The notes under the pieces are model-generated. The model searched no databases, had not been told where the DNA came from, and saw only the letters and a program-made list of their open reading frames with translations. DNA of 64,000 bases from Cyanobacteria bacterium OH_CDB_20 (GTDB lineage Bacteria; Cyanobacteriota; Vampirovibrionia; Gastranaerophilales; Gastranaerophilaceae), in NCBI GenBank assembly GCA_023415935.1, contig JAEZIX010000062.1, forward strand, positions 15,105 to 79,104, written 5' to 3'. The translations under genes were made by a program, and so were the position numbers. Each line of letters begins with the position of its first letter. The stretch's first letter is position 1. Below, in pieces: positions 9,266 through 18,768 of the stretch.

Positions 9266-9898
9266 TTATTCCATAACTAATTTTGCTGGATAACCCATTG
9301 CAGATAACTGGCTATATAACGTTTGTGCTTTTTGGCTATTAGCATAAGAACCCGCCTGAACAACATATAGACCATTAACTTCTTTAACAAAAGGTGAAAC
9401 ATTAACACCTGAAGCAATTACTTTATTTTGAGTATTAACAGCCTGTTCAAGTGTTGAGTAGTATCCGATATAAACCTTTGTAACTCTTGTTGGTGCTGAA
9501 ACTGCAACAACATCGTGTTTTGTAGGTAATGGCGCTTGTGTCTTAACCTCTTGTTTCTTTTGAGTCGAAATCTGAACATCACCGTTTTTTGTATTTGAAC
9601 GAACTTTTTCTAAGTCATCTTTTTTATCTTGTTTTTGTTCAGTCTTTTGTGTAAGCTCATCTGTCATACCTTCTTCTTCTGAATCATATCGTCTTGAAAC
9701 GCCAGGCATGTTATCTTCAAATTGAATCCATTTTAATCTATTATCAACGTCTTTTGCCTCAGTATCTACACTATCATCAACGTCTGCATAATTTGATGAA
9801 TCATCAGCAATTTCAACATCAACATTAGGAGATAATGCCTTAATGGCAAACGCTGCAAGAAACAAACTTACAAAAAAAGTAGATAAAAAAATCACCAA
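9266..9898 (-). CDS. SPOR domain-containing protein (septal peptidoglycan binding), N-terminal TM anchor
   Basis: Hydrophobic N-terminus and a low-complexity linker. The C-terminal YVVQAGSYANSQKAQTLYSQLSAMGYPAKLV is SPOR-like. Confidence 0.65.
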   Translation of the reverse strand: MVIFLSTFFVSLFLAAFAIKALSPNVDVEIADDSSNYADVDDSVDTEAKDVDNRLKWIQFEDNMPGVSRRYDSEEEGMTDELTQKTEQKQDKKDDLEKVRSNTKNGDVQISTQKKQEVKTQAPLPTKHDVVAVSAPTRVTKVYIGYYSTLEQAVNTQNKVIASGVNVSPFVKEVNGLYVVQAGSYANSQKAQTLYSQLSAMGYPAKLVME

Positions 9899-9947
9899 AA
9901 CTTTTTTATTTTACTCTTTTTTCAACTTATTATTACCAGACTCCATA

Positions 9948-10508
9948 CTACACTCCTCTAACCTTACATGTTGCATTTATTATACTTGAAATCTCATCAC
10001 TATAAGATTGTATAACATTTTTTGCAAATTCTTCTATATTTTTTATTTTCAAATCTGTTTCAAGCCCTGAAGCATCAATTGGCGCACCTTCCGGGTCAAT
10101 GTTTATACCTGTATGAATAAGAACAGAAGTATGAGATTTTGTAGCTATGGATACGGTTAATTTTTTTCCAAAGACAAACAAATCATCTCCATCTCTTGTT
10201 AGATTAACGTCAGGCAAAAGTTTTTCAATTGTTTCTTTAATAATAGCAATCAAGAGTCTTTGTCTGCAAACACCTTCTGTAAGTGATATATTGAAATTTT
10301 CAACAATAATATTCAGCATTTTTTTGCTATAAATAGGCTCATTATTTATTACATCTTCAATATCAACCATCTCAGTGAGTTTTACTTCACACTCTCCAAT
10401 AAAAGCAACAATAGAATCACCAAGAAGCTCAAAGTTCTTGTAAATCCAATGTGGGGCAAGTTCTGCACCGGTATATTTAATTTCTTTTTCAATAAATTTT
10501 GTATTCAT
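9948..10508 (-). CDS. hypothetical protein, possibly DUF366 family
   Basis: 186-aa ORF directly downstream of queC. The DUF366 assignment rests only on my recollection that this family co-occurs with deazaguanine genes. Confidence 0.35.
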   Translation of the reverse strand: MNTKFIEKEIKYTGAELAPHWIYKNFELLGDSIVAFIGECEVKLTEMVDIEDVINNEPIYSKKMLNIIVENFNISLTEGVCRQRLLIAIIKETIEKLLPDVNLTRDGDDLFVFGKKLTVSIATKSHTSVLIHTGINIDPEGAPIDASGLETDLKIKNIEEFAKNVIQSYSDEISSIINATCKVRGV

Positions 10509-10522
10509 AAAATTATTTTCAA

Positions 10523-11236
10523 TTAAAATAATATTTTTATCAAGTCTTCTCTATTATTTGCACTCAATGCTCTTTTCAATCTAACGCAAGATTCACACAT
10601 TCCACACTGAGTATCTTCATCAAGATAGCAGCTCCTTATGAATTTGAGCGGCACACCTTTTTCAAGAGCAAGTTTTACTATTGTATTTTTATCAAATTCA
10701 ATGAGAGGAGCAACAACTTCTACTGGATAACTTGTAGAATTTTCTAAAGAAAGATTGATTGCTTCTACAAAATCACTTGTATTATCTTTAAAAGTTGTAC
10801 CTTCTTCTTTATTTGCGCCAAATATTATAGCGTCATAGTTAAAAGAATCAGCAAAAGAAGCAGCAATATTGATGAACAATCCATTTCTATTTGGTACCCA
10901 AACAGAATCCATTGTTTTTGTAGTGGTAGAGATGTCATCAAGCTCTGTTTCATCAAGCAGAGGAACATCAGTATTTGCCACAAGTGATGTTTGCGTAATT
11001 ATCTCAAGCCAATTTAAAGGTATAACGCGATGTTGGATACCATAAAAATCACAAATATTCTTAGCTGCTTTGATTTCTTTTTCAGCAGCTTTTTGGCCGT
11101 AATCAAAAGTTAGTGCCATTTCAATATCATAATCATCTTTAATTACAGCAAGACTACAAACAGAATCAAGCCCGCCAGAGAGCAGTATTATAGCTTTCTT
11201 AGTCATCATTTTCCTCATAATCTTCATCATCTTCAC
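10523..11236 (-). CDS. queC: 7-cyano-7-deazaguanine synthase QueC
   Basis: LLSGGLDS PP-loop and the C-terminal Zn cluster C..CGMCESC. The real start is probably MTKK at 11206. Confidence 0.9.
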   Translation of the reverse strand: MKMMKIMRKMMTKKAIILLSGGLDSVCSLAVIKDDYDIEMALTFDYGQKAAEKEIKAAKNICDFYGIQHRVIPLNWLEIITQTSLVANTDVPLLDETELDDISTTTKTMDSVWVPNRNGLFINIAASFADSFNYDAIIFGANKEEGTTFKDNTSDFVEAINLSLENSTSYPVEVVAPLIEFDKNTIVKLALEKGVPLKFIRSCYLDEDTQCGMCESCVRLKRALSANNREDLIKILF

Positions 11237-12221
11237 AATCTGAGTCTAATTCTTCAGATAAAGCATTAGCCTCAAGTTTCGCAAATTCAGAAGATTCATT
11301 GTTATTAAGTATTTCGTTTATTATTTCATCGCCTTCAAGATTATAAAGAGCAATCACAGCATTTTTAACTACTTCTCTTTCTTCATCATTAAGCATTGTT
11401 TTAAGAAGGGGAACAACTCTTTCGTCATCAGTGTTCATAAGAGCTTCGATTGCATTAATTCTTATTTGTGAGGATTCATCCATTAAAGAGTTTTTTAGTG
11501 CCTTAAAAACCCTATCATTTCTAAAATTAATCTTATTTAGAGCCTCAATAGCCCTTTCTTTTAAGAAAGTGAACTTATCCATTATTCCTTTTTTTGTCTC
11601 AAGTATTGAAACCAAAGGATCAACAGCTTTCATATCTCCAATCATCCCTAGCGCAAATGCAGCAGATTCCTTTACATATATAGAACTTTCTTCTTCATCG
11701 TTTAGCAAATCTACCAAAGGTGTAACTGCATATTTATCACCAATTTTACCCAAAGCTTCAGCTGCGCTGAGTCTTATCTTGTAATTGTCATCTTTATTAT
11801 TTAAACAATAAAGAAGCGGATAGACAGCAGCTGTATCTTTCATATTGGCAAGGACTTTTGTTACCATGACTCTTATTTGAGTTCTAGCATCATCGTCTTT
11901 AATTCTGTCTTTAAATTTTTCTTTCATAACAAGCGTATCAACTAAAATAGGGACGCTTGATTTACTTTTAAGTTTATTAATTTCCTTCAGAATATGAAGA
12001 ATAACCTGATAATCACGGCAAATATCAAAGAAATAATTGTAAATATCAGCCTGTTCAGTTTCTGTATAATTTGAGCATAAAGAGCGGATTAACAAAATAG
12101 CTTCAGAACTATCTTGAGTCCTATTAATCTTGCACTGTTGCGCTAAATCTTCTAAGTTTAAAGAATTATTTTCGCACATACTCTCCACGCAGTTTTCACA
12201 TGTATAGCGTATTAGAAACAC
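11199..12221 (-). CDS. HEAT-repeat (PBS-lyase-type) protein
   Basis: Repeated units of the form R..AA.ALG.IGD..AV.PL...L.D, with an acidic C-terminal tail. Confidence 0.75.
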   Translation of the reverse strand: MFLIRYTCENCVESMCENNSLNLEDLAQQCKINRTQDSSEAILLIRSLCSNYTETEQADIYNYFFDICRDYQVILHILKEINKLKSKSSVPILVDTLVMKEKFKDRIKDDDARTQIRVMVTKVLANMKDTAAVYPLLYCLNNKDDNYKIRLSAAEALGKIGDKYAVTPLVDLLNDEEESSIYVKESAAFALGMIGDMKAVDPLVSILETKKGIMDKFTFLKERAIEALNKINFRNDRVFKALKNSLMDESSQIRINAIEALMNTDDERVVPLLKTMLNDEEREVVKNAVIALYNLEGDEIINEILNNNESSEFAKLEANALSEELDSDCEDDEDYEENDD

Positions 12222-12239
12222 AAATATTTTTCAACATTA

Positions 12240-12830
12240 TTAAGCAAGAATATTAAGCAATAACAGACTTTCGATATTTTTATCGGCAATAGATTTATCA
12301 ATTGCAGCTTTGATATCAATTCCAATATCGCGCATACCAATCGCAGCAGGCACTTTGATGTCAGAAGTCAACTTTACATTGAGAAAACTATTATTTATCT
12401 CCAAAAACTCTCTATAAGTGTTCAATATAGAAAGCCACTCTTGAGGAAGCGATTGCTCTTTTCCAAGATAGTATTTTGTATCTTTTTTATACTGCTCAAA
12501 ATAGTCTGTTATAAAATCGATTTCTCCAAAAAAATCGTATTCATTTTTTTCTTCTTCTGAAAGCTCAGAAAAAGTATTTCCTTCAAGTTCTTTAGGGTCA
12601 TTTTTAAAGTTTTCTGTAAGGTAATATGCCCAAAGCATACACCCCAAGTAGAAAGCAACGTTATTTTTAACAAGTTTTAAAATATCAGATTGAAGCATTT
12701 TATACTTGAATTTTTTTTGGTGCATAGAAGGAACAGAAGACATAATCTGCTGAACGATCCCCATGGACTGATAAAAATCGTCAACTAATGGAGCAAAACC
12801 AGGGTCAAATAAAACTTTATCTTCTGACAT
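12240..12830 (-). CDS. hypothetical protein
   Basis: 196-aa ORF packed between hisF and the HEAT-repeat gene. No motif recognised. Confidence 0.45.
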   Translation of the reverse strand: MSEDKVLFDPGFAPLVDDFYQSMGIVQQIMSSVPSMHQKKFKYKMLQSDILKLVKNNVAFYLGCMLWAYYLTENFKNDPKELEGNTFSELSEEEKNEYDFFGEIDFITDYFEQYKKDTKYYLGKEQSLPQEWLSILNTYREFLEINNSFLNVKLTSDIKVPAAIGMRDIGIDIKAAIDKSIADKNIESLLLLNILA

Positions 12831-12831
12831 A

Positions 12832-13593
12832 TTAAACCTTTCTAACTGAAATATTATGTTTTAAAAGTTCATTCTTTAAATCAGGAACAGGAAGTGTTCC
12901 AAAGTGAAAAATTGAAGCAGCAAGAGCTGCGTCAGCTGATGCTTTTTCGAAAACATCAACAAAGTGCAAAGGATTAGCGCCAGCGCCACCTGATGCAATC
13001 ACCGGAATATTAACAGTTTCAGCCACAAGTTTTGTCATAGGAAGATCAAATCCATTTTGAGTACCATCAGCATCCATTGATGTTAAAAGTATTTCACCTG
13101 CGCCAAGCATTTCAACTTCTTTAACCCAGTCAAACAGTTTTATCCCTGTATTTTTTTTGCCGGCATTAATAAAAACGTAAAACTCGTTATCAATTTTTTT
13201 AGCATCAATTGCAACAACAATGCATTGAGAGCCAAAATAATCAGAGGTTTCTTTAATGAGTTCAGGTGTTTTAACCGCAGCAGAATTTATCGCAACTTTA
13301 TCAGCTCCTGCATTTAGAAGGATTTTCATCTCATCTAATGATTTTATCCCACCACCGACTGTAAAGGGTATAAAAACTTGTTTTGCGACTTTCTCAACCA
13401 TTTTAACAGTTGTTTTTCTGCCCTCATTGGTTGCTGTAATATCCAAGAAAACAAGCTCATCAGCACCTTCATCAGAATATTTTTTTGCAAGTTCAACAGG
13501 ATCTCCAGCGAACCTTAAATTCTCAAAGTTTATGCCCTTAACAGTTTGTCCATCTTTAACATCAAGGCAAGGAATAATTCTTTTTGCTAACAT
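12832..13593 (-). CDS. hisF: imidazole glycerol phosphate synthase cyclase subunit HisF
   Basis: [12 protein letters not shown] and SGGAG motifs; full-length similarity to HisF. Confidence 0.95.
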   Translation of the reverse strand: MLAKRIIPCLDVKDGQTVKGINFENLRFAGDPVELAKKYSDEGADELVFLDITATNEGRKTTVKMVEKVAKQVFIPFTVGGGIKSLDEMKILLNAGADKVAINSAAVKTPELIKETSDYFGSQCIVVAIDAKKIDNEFYVFINAGKKNTGIKLFDWVKEVEMLGAGEILLTSMDADGTQNGFDLPMTKLVAETVNIPVIASGGAGANPLHFVDVFEKASADAALAASIFHFGTLPVPDLKNELLKHNISVRKV

Positions 13594-13619
13594 TTGTTAT
13601 AATCCTTTTATGTTATGGG

Positions 13620-14654
13620 TTAAAACTGTTTTAAGAATCTTACATCGTTATTGAAGAAAAGTCTTATGTCATCAATCGCATACTTAAGCATAGTAAGTCT
13701 TTCAACCCCCATACCAAAAGCAAATCCGGAATATACTTCAGGATCAATTCCAACATTTTTAAGAACATTAACATCAACCATGCCCGAACCTAATATTTCA
13801 AGCCAGCCTGTACCTGAGCAAGTTCTACAGCCTTTGCCTTCGCACATAATACACTGAACATCAACTTCAGCGCTAGGCTCTGTAAAAGGGAAATAGCTTG
13901 TTCTAAATCTTGTCGGACGAGCCGCTCCAAAATAAATTCTTATAAATTCATTCAAAACACCTTTTAAATCGCCCATTGTAATATCTTTATCAACCAAAAG
14001 ACCTTCAATTTGATGGAACAGGTTGTTTTTACGAGCGTTAACAGCTTCACATCTATAAACTCTACCCGGTGCAATGACTCTTATTGGAGGTTTTTTATCA
14101 AACATTTCTCTGATTTGAGCACCTGATGTTTGACTTCTCAAAATTGCATTTGGAGCAACTTTTGTATAGAAAGTATCTTGCATATCCTTTGCAGGATGAT
14201 CCGGTGGGAAGTTGAGCATATCAAAATTAATGTATTCAGTTTCAACTTCAGGGTTATTTTTTTCGCTTACAAGTGAAAATCCCATACCTTGGAAGATTTC
14301 AACAATTTCATTAATTGTTTGAGTAAGAAGATGTTCTCTACCTTGAGGCAGATAATCTCCCGGAAGAGTAATATCAATAGTTTCAGATTTTAATTTTTCA
14401 TTAAGTTCTATTTTATAAAGCGATTCCGATTTTTCAGAAACTAAACTCTCAAGATCGTTAGAAACCTTGTTTGCAAGAGCGCCAATAACTTTTTTCTCTT
14501 CAACAGACAAATCTTTAAGATTTTTTTTAATATTATTAAGCTCGCTTTTTCTGCTTAAATAATTATTCTTAAACTCTTCTAAATCTTGCATAGAATTAAC
14601 TGTTTCAATATCTTTTAACGCATTTGAATAAATAGTTTCTAAAGTACTTTTCAT
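13620..14654 (-). CDS. pheS: phenylalanine--tRNA ligase alpha subunit
   Basis: Class II motifs (FRTSYFPFTEPS, GFAFGMGVERL) and an N-terminal coiled coil. Confidence 0.95.
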   Translation of the reverse strand: MKSTLETIYSNALKDIETVNSMQDLEEFKNNYLSRKSELNNIKKNLKDLSVEEKKVIGALANKVSNDLESLVSEKSESLYKIELNEKLKSETIDITLPGDYLPQGREHLLTQTINEIVEIFQGMGFSLVSEKNNPEVETEYINFDMLNFPPDHPAKDMQDTFYTKVAPNAILRSQTSGAQIREMFDKKPPIRVIAPGRVYRCEAVNARKNNLFHQIEGLLVDKDITMGDLKGVLNEFIRIYFGAARPTRFRTSYFPFTEPSAEVDVQCIMCEGKGCRTCSGTGWLEILGSGMVDVNVLKNVGIDPEVYSGFAFGMGVERLTMLKYAIDDIRLFFNNDVRFLKQF

Positions 14655-14763
14655 TTGAACCTCTCTTAAGCGATTTTATTACTGTAATTATAAAACAAAC
14701 AATAAAATTAAATAAGCATGGGAAAAATTTGATATAATAAACAGGACACATTGTACAAGGGGA

Positions 14764-16317
14764 ATGATGAAAAGATTTGTTATACTGTTTGCGCTAATTT
14801 TGTCTTTAGTTACAGCGCCTGCCATACAAGCAAGTGAGGATGGTTTAAATACTTTAAGGACAACGTTTCAAAATAATGAAGCAAACATTTATGTTATAAA
14901 TATCAGAACTTTTAATTCAAAAGATTTAGACGGAAACGACATAATAGAAGCAGAAAATGGCGAAGAACAAGGAACTTTTATAAACGCTATTAAAAGGCTT
15001 GATGAGATAAAAGGATATGGATTTAATGCAATTCATATGCTCCCGATTACGCCTGTTGGTAAGATAAAATCACTAGGAACAGCGGGCTCTTTATACTCTA
15101 TGAGCGATTTAACATCAATTAACCCTGAACTTGTTGACAAAACAAGCACATTAACAGCCGAAGAACAGCTAAAATCATTTATTGACGAATGCCACAAAAG
15201 AGATATTAGAGTAATAATTGACCTTCCAAGCTGCGGTTCTTATGATATGTTCTTACAAAAACCTGAGTTGTTTTTAACTGACAGGGAACAAAACCCAATT
15301 GTTCCTTGCGATTGGACAGATGTCAGGTTATTTAAAGTTTATAACGAAAACAAAACATTGAATGAAGATTTATTTAACGAACATAAAAAGTTTGTTGATA
15401 TGATTATGAAAGCAGGCGCTGACGGAATAAGAGCAGATGTTGCAACGATAAAACCATATGAATTCTGGCAAAAATTGATTTCGTATTCAAGAGAAAAAGA
15501 TAAAGAATTTTTATTCTTAGCAGAAGCTTCTGACAGCTGGACAGAGCCAGCATCTCAATATGCTGTATTTACAAATTACAAAAGACTTTTAGATGCAGGG
15601 TTTGACGGATTTTACGGAAGTTATTTCAATAGAAAGTCATGGACATCCGTAAATGAACTTAAAACTCAAATAGAGCTTATTGAAAAGATAAATAAAAACA
15701 GCAAAGATAAAAAATCAGTAATAGGAAGTTTTGCAACGCACGACGAGCAAAGCCCTATTATTAACGGAGGCGAAAACCTTGCAATAAATATGATTTGGCT
15801 CGAAGAAACACTTCCTCTAAACCCATATTACGTTGACGGAATGCTCACCGGTGACAGCTATACTTATAAATACGAAAACAAAAAAGCTCTTCGCACAACT
15901 ACTGACAATGATATTTATTATGTTCACAAAGGAAAAATAGATATATTTAATTTCTCTAGAAAACCTCAAGGCGGAAACTATAAAATACTAAACGAATACT
16001 ATATCGCCTCGAAATTAAGAGAACACGCCAGCAACGTTATAACAAAAGGTTCTTTTAAAGTACTTAACTCCAGTAATAAAAACATATTTGCTTATGAAAG
16101 AAAACTTGATAATAAACTTATAATAGTTGTATACAACAACTCGAAAGATAAAGCTGAATCAGGGCAAATAAAAATCAACATACAAATAACACAAAAGAAG
16201 CTATTACCAATAAGAACGGGATATATGCCTAAAATCAAGAATGGTAATATGTTAATAAACCTTGATAAGGGTGAAACGCTTGTATTTTATGTTGAAAATT
16301 TAACTAGTCATAAATAG
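14764..16317 (+). CDS. secreted alpha-amylase-family glycoside hydrolase (GH13)
   Basis: Signal peptide present. GH13 regions GIRADVA (nucleophile Asp), LAEA (Glu) and ATHDE (His-Asp) are recognisable. Confidence 0.7.
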   Translation: MMKRFVILFALILSLVTAPAIQASEDGLNTLRTTFQNNEANIYVINIRTFNSKDLDGNDIIEAENGEEQGTFINAIKRLDEIKGYGFNAIHMLPITPVGKIKSLGTAGSLYSMSDLTSINPELVDKTSTLTAEEQLKSFIDECHKRDIRVIIDLPSCGSYDMFLQKPELFLTDREQNPIVPCDWTDVRLFKVYNENKTLNEDLFNEHKKFVDMIMKAGADGIRADVATIKPYEFWQKLISYSREKDKEFLFLAEASDSWTEPASQYAVFTNYKRLLDAGFDGFYGSYFNRKSWTSVNELKTQIELIEKINKNSKDKKSVIGSFATHDEQSPIINGGENLAINMIWLEETLPLNPYYVDGMLTGDSYTYKYENKKALRTTTDNDIYYVHKGKIDIFNFSRKPQGGNYKILNEYYIASKLREHASNVITKGSFKVLNSSNKNIFAYERKLDNKLIIVVYNNSKDKAESGQIKINIQITQKKLLPIRTGYMPKIKNGNMLINLDKGETLVFYVENLTSHK

Positions 16318-16381
16318 AAATTTATACTATAATTGCAAAAGAACATATTTGTAGAAATTAAAGGATATAAGGGAAGAATAA

Positions 16382-16729
16382 ATGGCTAAGCATATGGACA
16401 CAATTCCTATCGAGGTATGTATTTTAACAGTAGACCATGACATTAAAGGCGTTGTTCACGTATCAAAATATACAAACAACAATCGTGACTTAACAGATCT
16501 TTTAAATGACAAAGAAAAAAGATTTTTAGCAGTTACTAATGCTGAAATTATGTCAAGAAACTCTTCTGCTCCGCCTAGAAAATATAACTTCCTTGAAATC
16601 CATATTGATTATATATTAATGGTTCACCCATCAAGCCAGGTTGTGTTTAAAGAGTTCAGCAAAGCTCAAGAAGATATCGCAAGATTTAGAGAATTAAGAA
16701 ATAAATTGAATCAAACAAAACCATTTTAG
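16382..16729 (+). CDS. hypothetical protein (115 aa)
   Basis: ORF with an upstream aaggga RBS. It ends 2 nt before the GT9 gene. Confidence 0.45.
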   Translation: MAKHMDTIPIEVCILTVDHDIKGVVHVSKYTNNNRDLTDLLNDKEKRFLAVTNAEIMSRNSSAPPRKYNFLEIHIDYILMVHPSSQVVFKEFSKAQEDIARFRELRNKLNQTKPF

Positions 16730-16731
16730 TC

Positions 16732-17724
16732 ATGAAAAATTATAAAAATATATTAGTAATCAATTTTGGCGGAATAGGAGATGAAATTCTATTTTTGCCA
16801 ACTATTAAAAGTTTAAAAGAAGCATATCCTGATTCTAAAATTACACTTGTCTTAGAACCAAGAAGTAAAAGCATTCAAAATCTTTGCCCATTCATTGATG
16901 AGACAATCGGTATTGACATAAAGGGTAAAAGCAAATATCAAGACTTATTAAAATTTTATTTTAAAGCGCTATTAGGCAGATATGACTTAGTTGTATCATC
17001 TGGGGCTAACAAACTTATACCGGTTTTGTTATTCTTTACAGGGATTGGAACAAGAGTTGGCTATGATAGCGGCTTCTTGACTAAATTACTTCTTACAAAA
17101 GCTATTCCTTTAAATCAACAGCAATATGCCGGAAGAATGTATCATGATTTAGTAAAAGACCTCACCCAGAAAGAATATAAAGACCCTGAGATTATTGTTG
17201 AAACACAAGAAAAAACTGAAAATTATATTCTTGTTCATCCTGGCGTTAGCAAAATGAGCATAAAGAAAAATATCATAAAAAATTGGTCAAATATAACATG
17301 GGGAAAACTAATAGAAGAGCTTTTACATAAAGGTAAAACGGTTTATCTAGCAGGTGGACCTGATGATGAGGAATGTATTGAAGAGATACGAGAATATCTA
17401 AAAGACAAAGACACCACAAACTTTAAAGATATGTACGGAAAAACAAAAAATATATTTGATCTTGCAAAATTAATAAAATCTTCTGATATTTTAGTTTGTT
17501 CAGATTCAGCCCCAATGCATATTGGTGTGGCAACGGGAACACGAACAATCGCAATATTTGGCCCTACAGATGAAAAGAAACTCATCCCTGCATCAAATAA
17601 ATATACCGCCATTACCAATAAAAACTGCGATTGCAGGCCATGTCTTTGGGACAAAAGACAAACAAGCTGCGACGAAAAAGAATGCGTAAAAATTGAGCTC
17701 GATTCTATTATAAATATAATTTAG
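16732..17724 (+). CDS. glycosyltransferase family 9 (heptosyltransferase-like)
   Basis: N-terminal ILVINFGGIGDEILFLP and C-terminal SDSAPMHIGVA/GTxxIAIFGPT motifs typical of RfaF/RfaC-type GT9. Confidence 0.75.
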   Translation: MKNYKNILVINFGGIGDEILFLPTIKSLKEAYPDSKITLVLEPRSKSIQNLCPFIDETIGIDIKGKSKYQDLLKFYFKALLGRYDLVVSSGANKLIPVLLFFTGIGTRVGYDSGFLTKLLLTKAIPLNQQQYAGRMYHDLVKDLTQKEYKDPEIIVETQEKTENYILVHPGVSKMSIKKNIIKNWSNITWGKLIEELLHKGKTVYLAGGPDDEECIEEIREYLKDKDTTNFKDMYGKTKNIFDLAKLIKSSDILVCSDSAPMHIGVATGTRTIAIFGPTDEKKLIPASNKYTAITNKNCDCRPCLWDKRQTSCDEKECVKIELDSIINII

Positions 17725-17732
17725 AGGTAACA

Positions 17733-18704
17733 ATGAAATATAAATGCTGCAAATTTATACAAAATGGAATTAATTTACACCTTTTTGGAATTAGATTCTG
17801 CAACAAACTCGGCATAGGGCCAATATTGACCGATCGTATTAATGATTCAAAAATTGATTTTGATTCAATTGAAAAAAAACGGAGAGAAATAATTGAAAAC
17901 TGTAAAAATAATGTACTGCCTGAATCCTGCGAAAATTGCGAATGGCTAGAGGATAAAGAATGGGACTCAGTCGACGAAATAACTGAAGTTGAAATAAGCA
18001 ACTGGACTCATTGCAATTGTTCTTGTATATATTGTTCGAATATTGAATTTACAAAAGGTTTTTACAGCAACAAAATAAGGCCTAGCGAATATTTTGATGC
18101 ATACCCTATATTAAAAAACCTTGCAAACAAAAAACTTATAAATCATAAAACTAATTTCTGCTTTGTAGGGGGTGAACCAACGGTTTTGAAAGAATTTCCC
18201 AAAATTGTCGATTTACTGATAAAAATAAAAGCAAATCATTTTTCAATTCTAACTTCAGGGATTTTATACAGCAAAGCAATCGAAAAAGCGTTAAAATACT
18301 CTAACTTAGTAGTATGTATATCAATTGATGCGGGCTCAAGGGAGACTTACCAAAAACTTAAACGGGTAGATAAATTTGATGAAATTGTAAAAAACTTAAA
18401 AAAATACAAGAAATCAACTAAAAATACTGACGATAAACTAGAACTTAAATACATAATAATAGACGGAATTAATGATAACGAAGAAGAAATAAAAAAATGG
18501 CTCGACTTAACAAGTGAACTTGGAATAAAAAGAGCTTCAGTTTCAATTGAATTCTGCCATAGTGCAAGAAAAAAAGCAGGTTCGCTAATTCCTCAAAAAT
18601 ATTATGACTTGAATGCTTTTGCTATAGAATATGGAACAAATTTAGGCCTTCAAGTATATCCTTTTAGCTTTTTTGAAATGCTAATGCAAAGAGGACATTA
18701 TTAA
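17733..18704 (+). CDS. radical SAM protein
   Basis: CNCSCIYC provides CX3CX2C after an approximately 90-aa Cys-containing N-terminal extension. GGEPT glycine-rich SAM motif is present. Confidence 0.7.
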   Translation: MKYKCCKFIQNGINLHLFGIRFCNKLGIGPILTDRINDSKIDFDSIEKKRREIIENCKNNVLPESCENCEWLEDKEWDSVDEITEVEISNWTHCNCSCIYCSNIEFTKGFYSNKIRPSEYFDAYPILKNLANKKLINHKTNFCFVGGEPTVLKEFPKIVDLLIKIKANHFSILTSGILYSKAIEKALKYSNLVVCISIDAGSRETYQKLKRVDKFDEIVKNLKKYKKSTKNTDDKLELKYIIIDGINDNEEEIKKWLDLTSELGIKRASVSIEFCHSARKKAGSLIPQKYYDLNAFAIEYGTNLGLQVYPFSFFEMLMQRGHY

Positions 18705-18768
18705 CCACTAAATATTATGTTTTGATTATAATAATATAAGAACTATTTTTTATACAAAGGAGTAAAGA

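Noticed and set aside
11199-11236. preQ1 riboswitch upstream of queC (and of queE at 49599)
   Set aside because: Both genes overlap the preceding ORF, so there is no non-coding space for an aptamer.
13256-13857. Antisense ORFs of 132 and 68 aa opposite hisF and pheS. Similar antisense ORFs occur opposite fliF (28054..28488, 29272..29607), flhA (25565..26275), queC/HEAT (11431..11784) and others
   Set aside because: All lie entirely within strongly supported genes on the other strand, have no RBS, and show low-complexity or hydrophobic composition typical of shadow ORFs.
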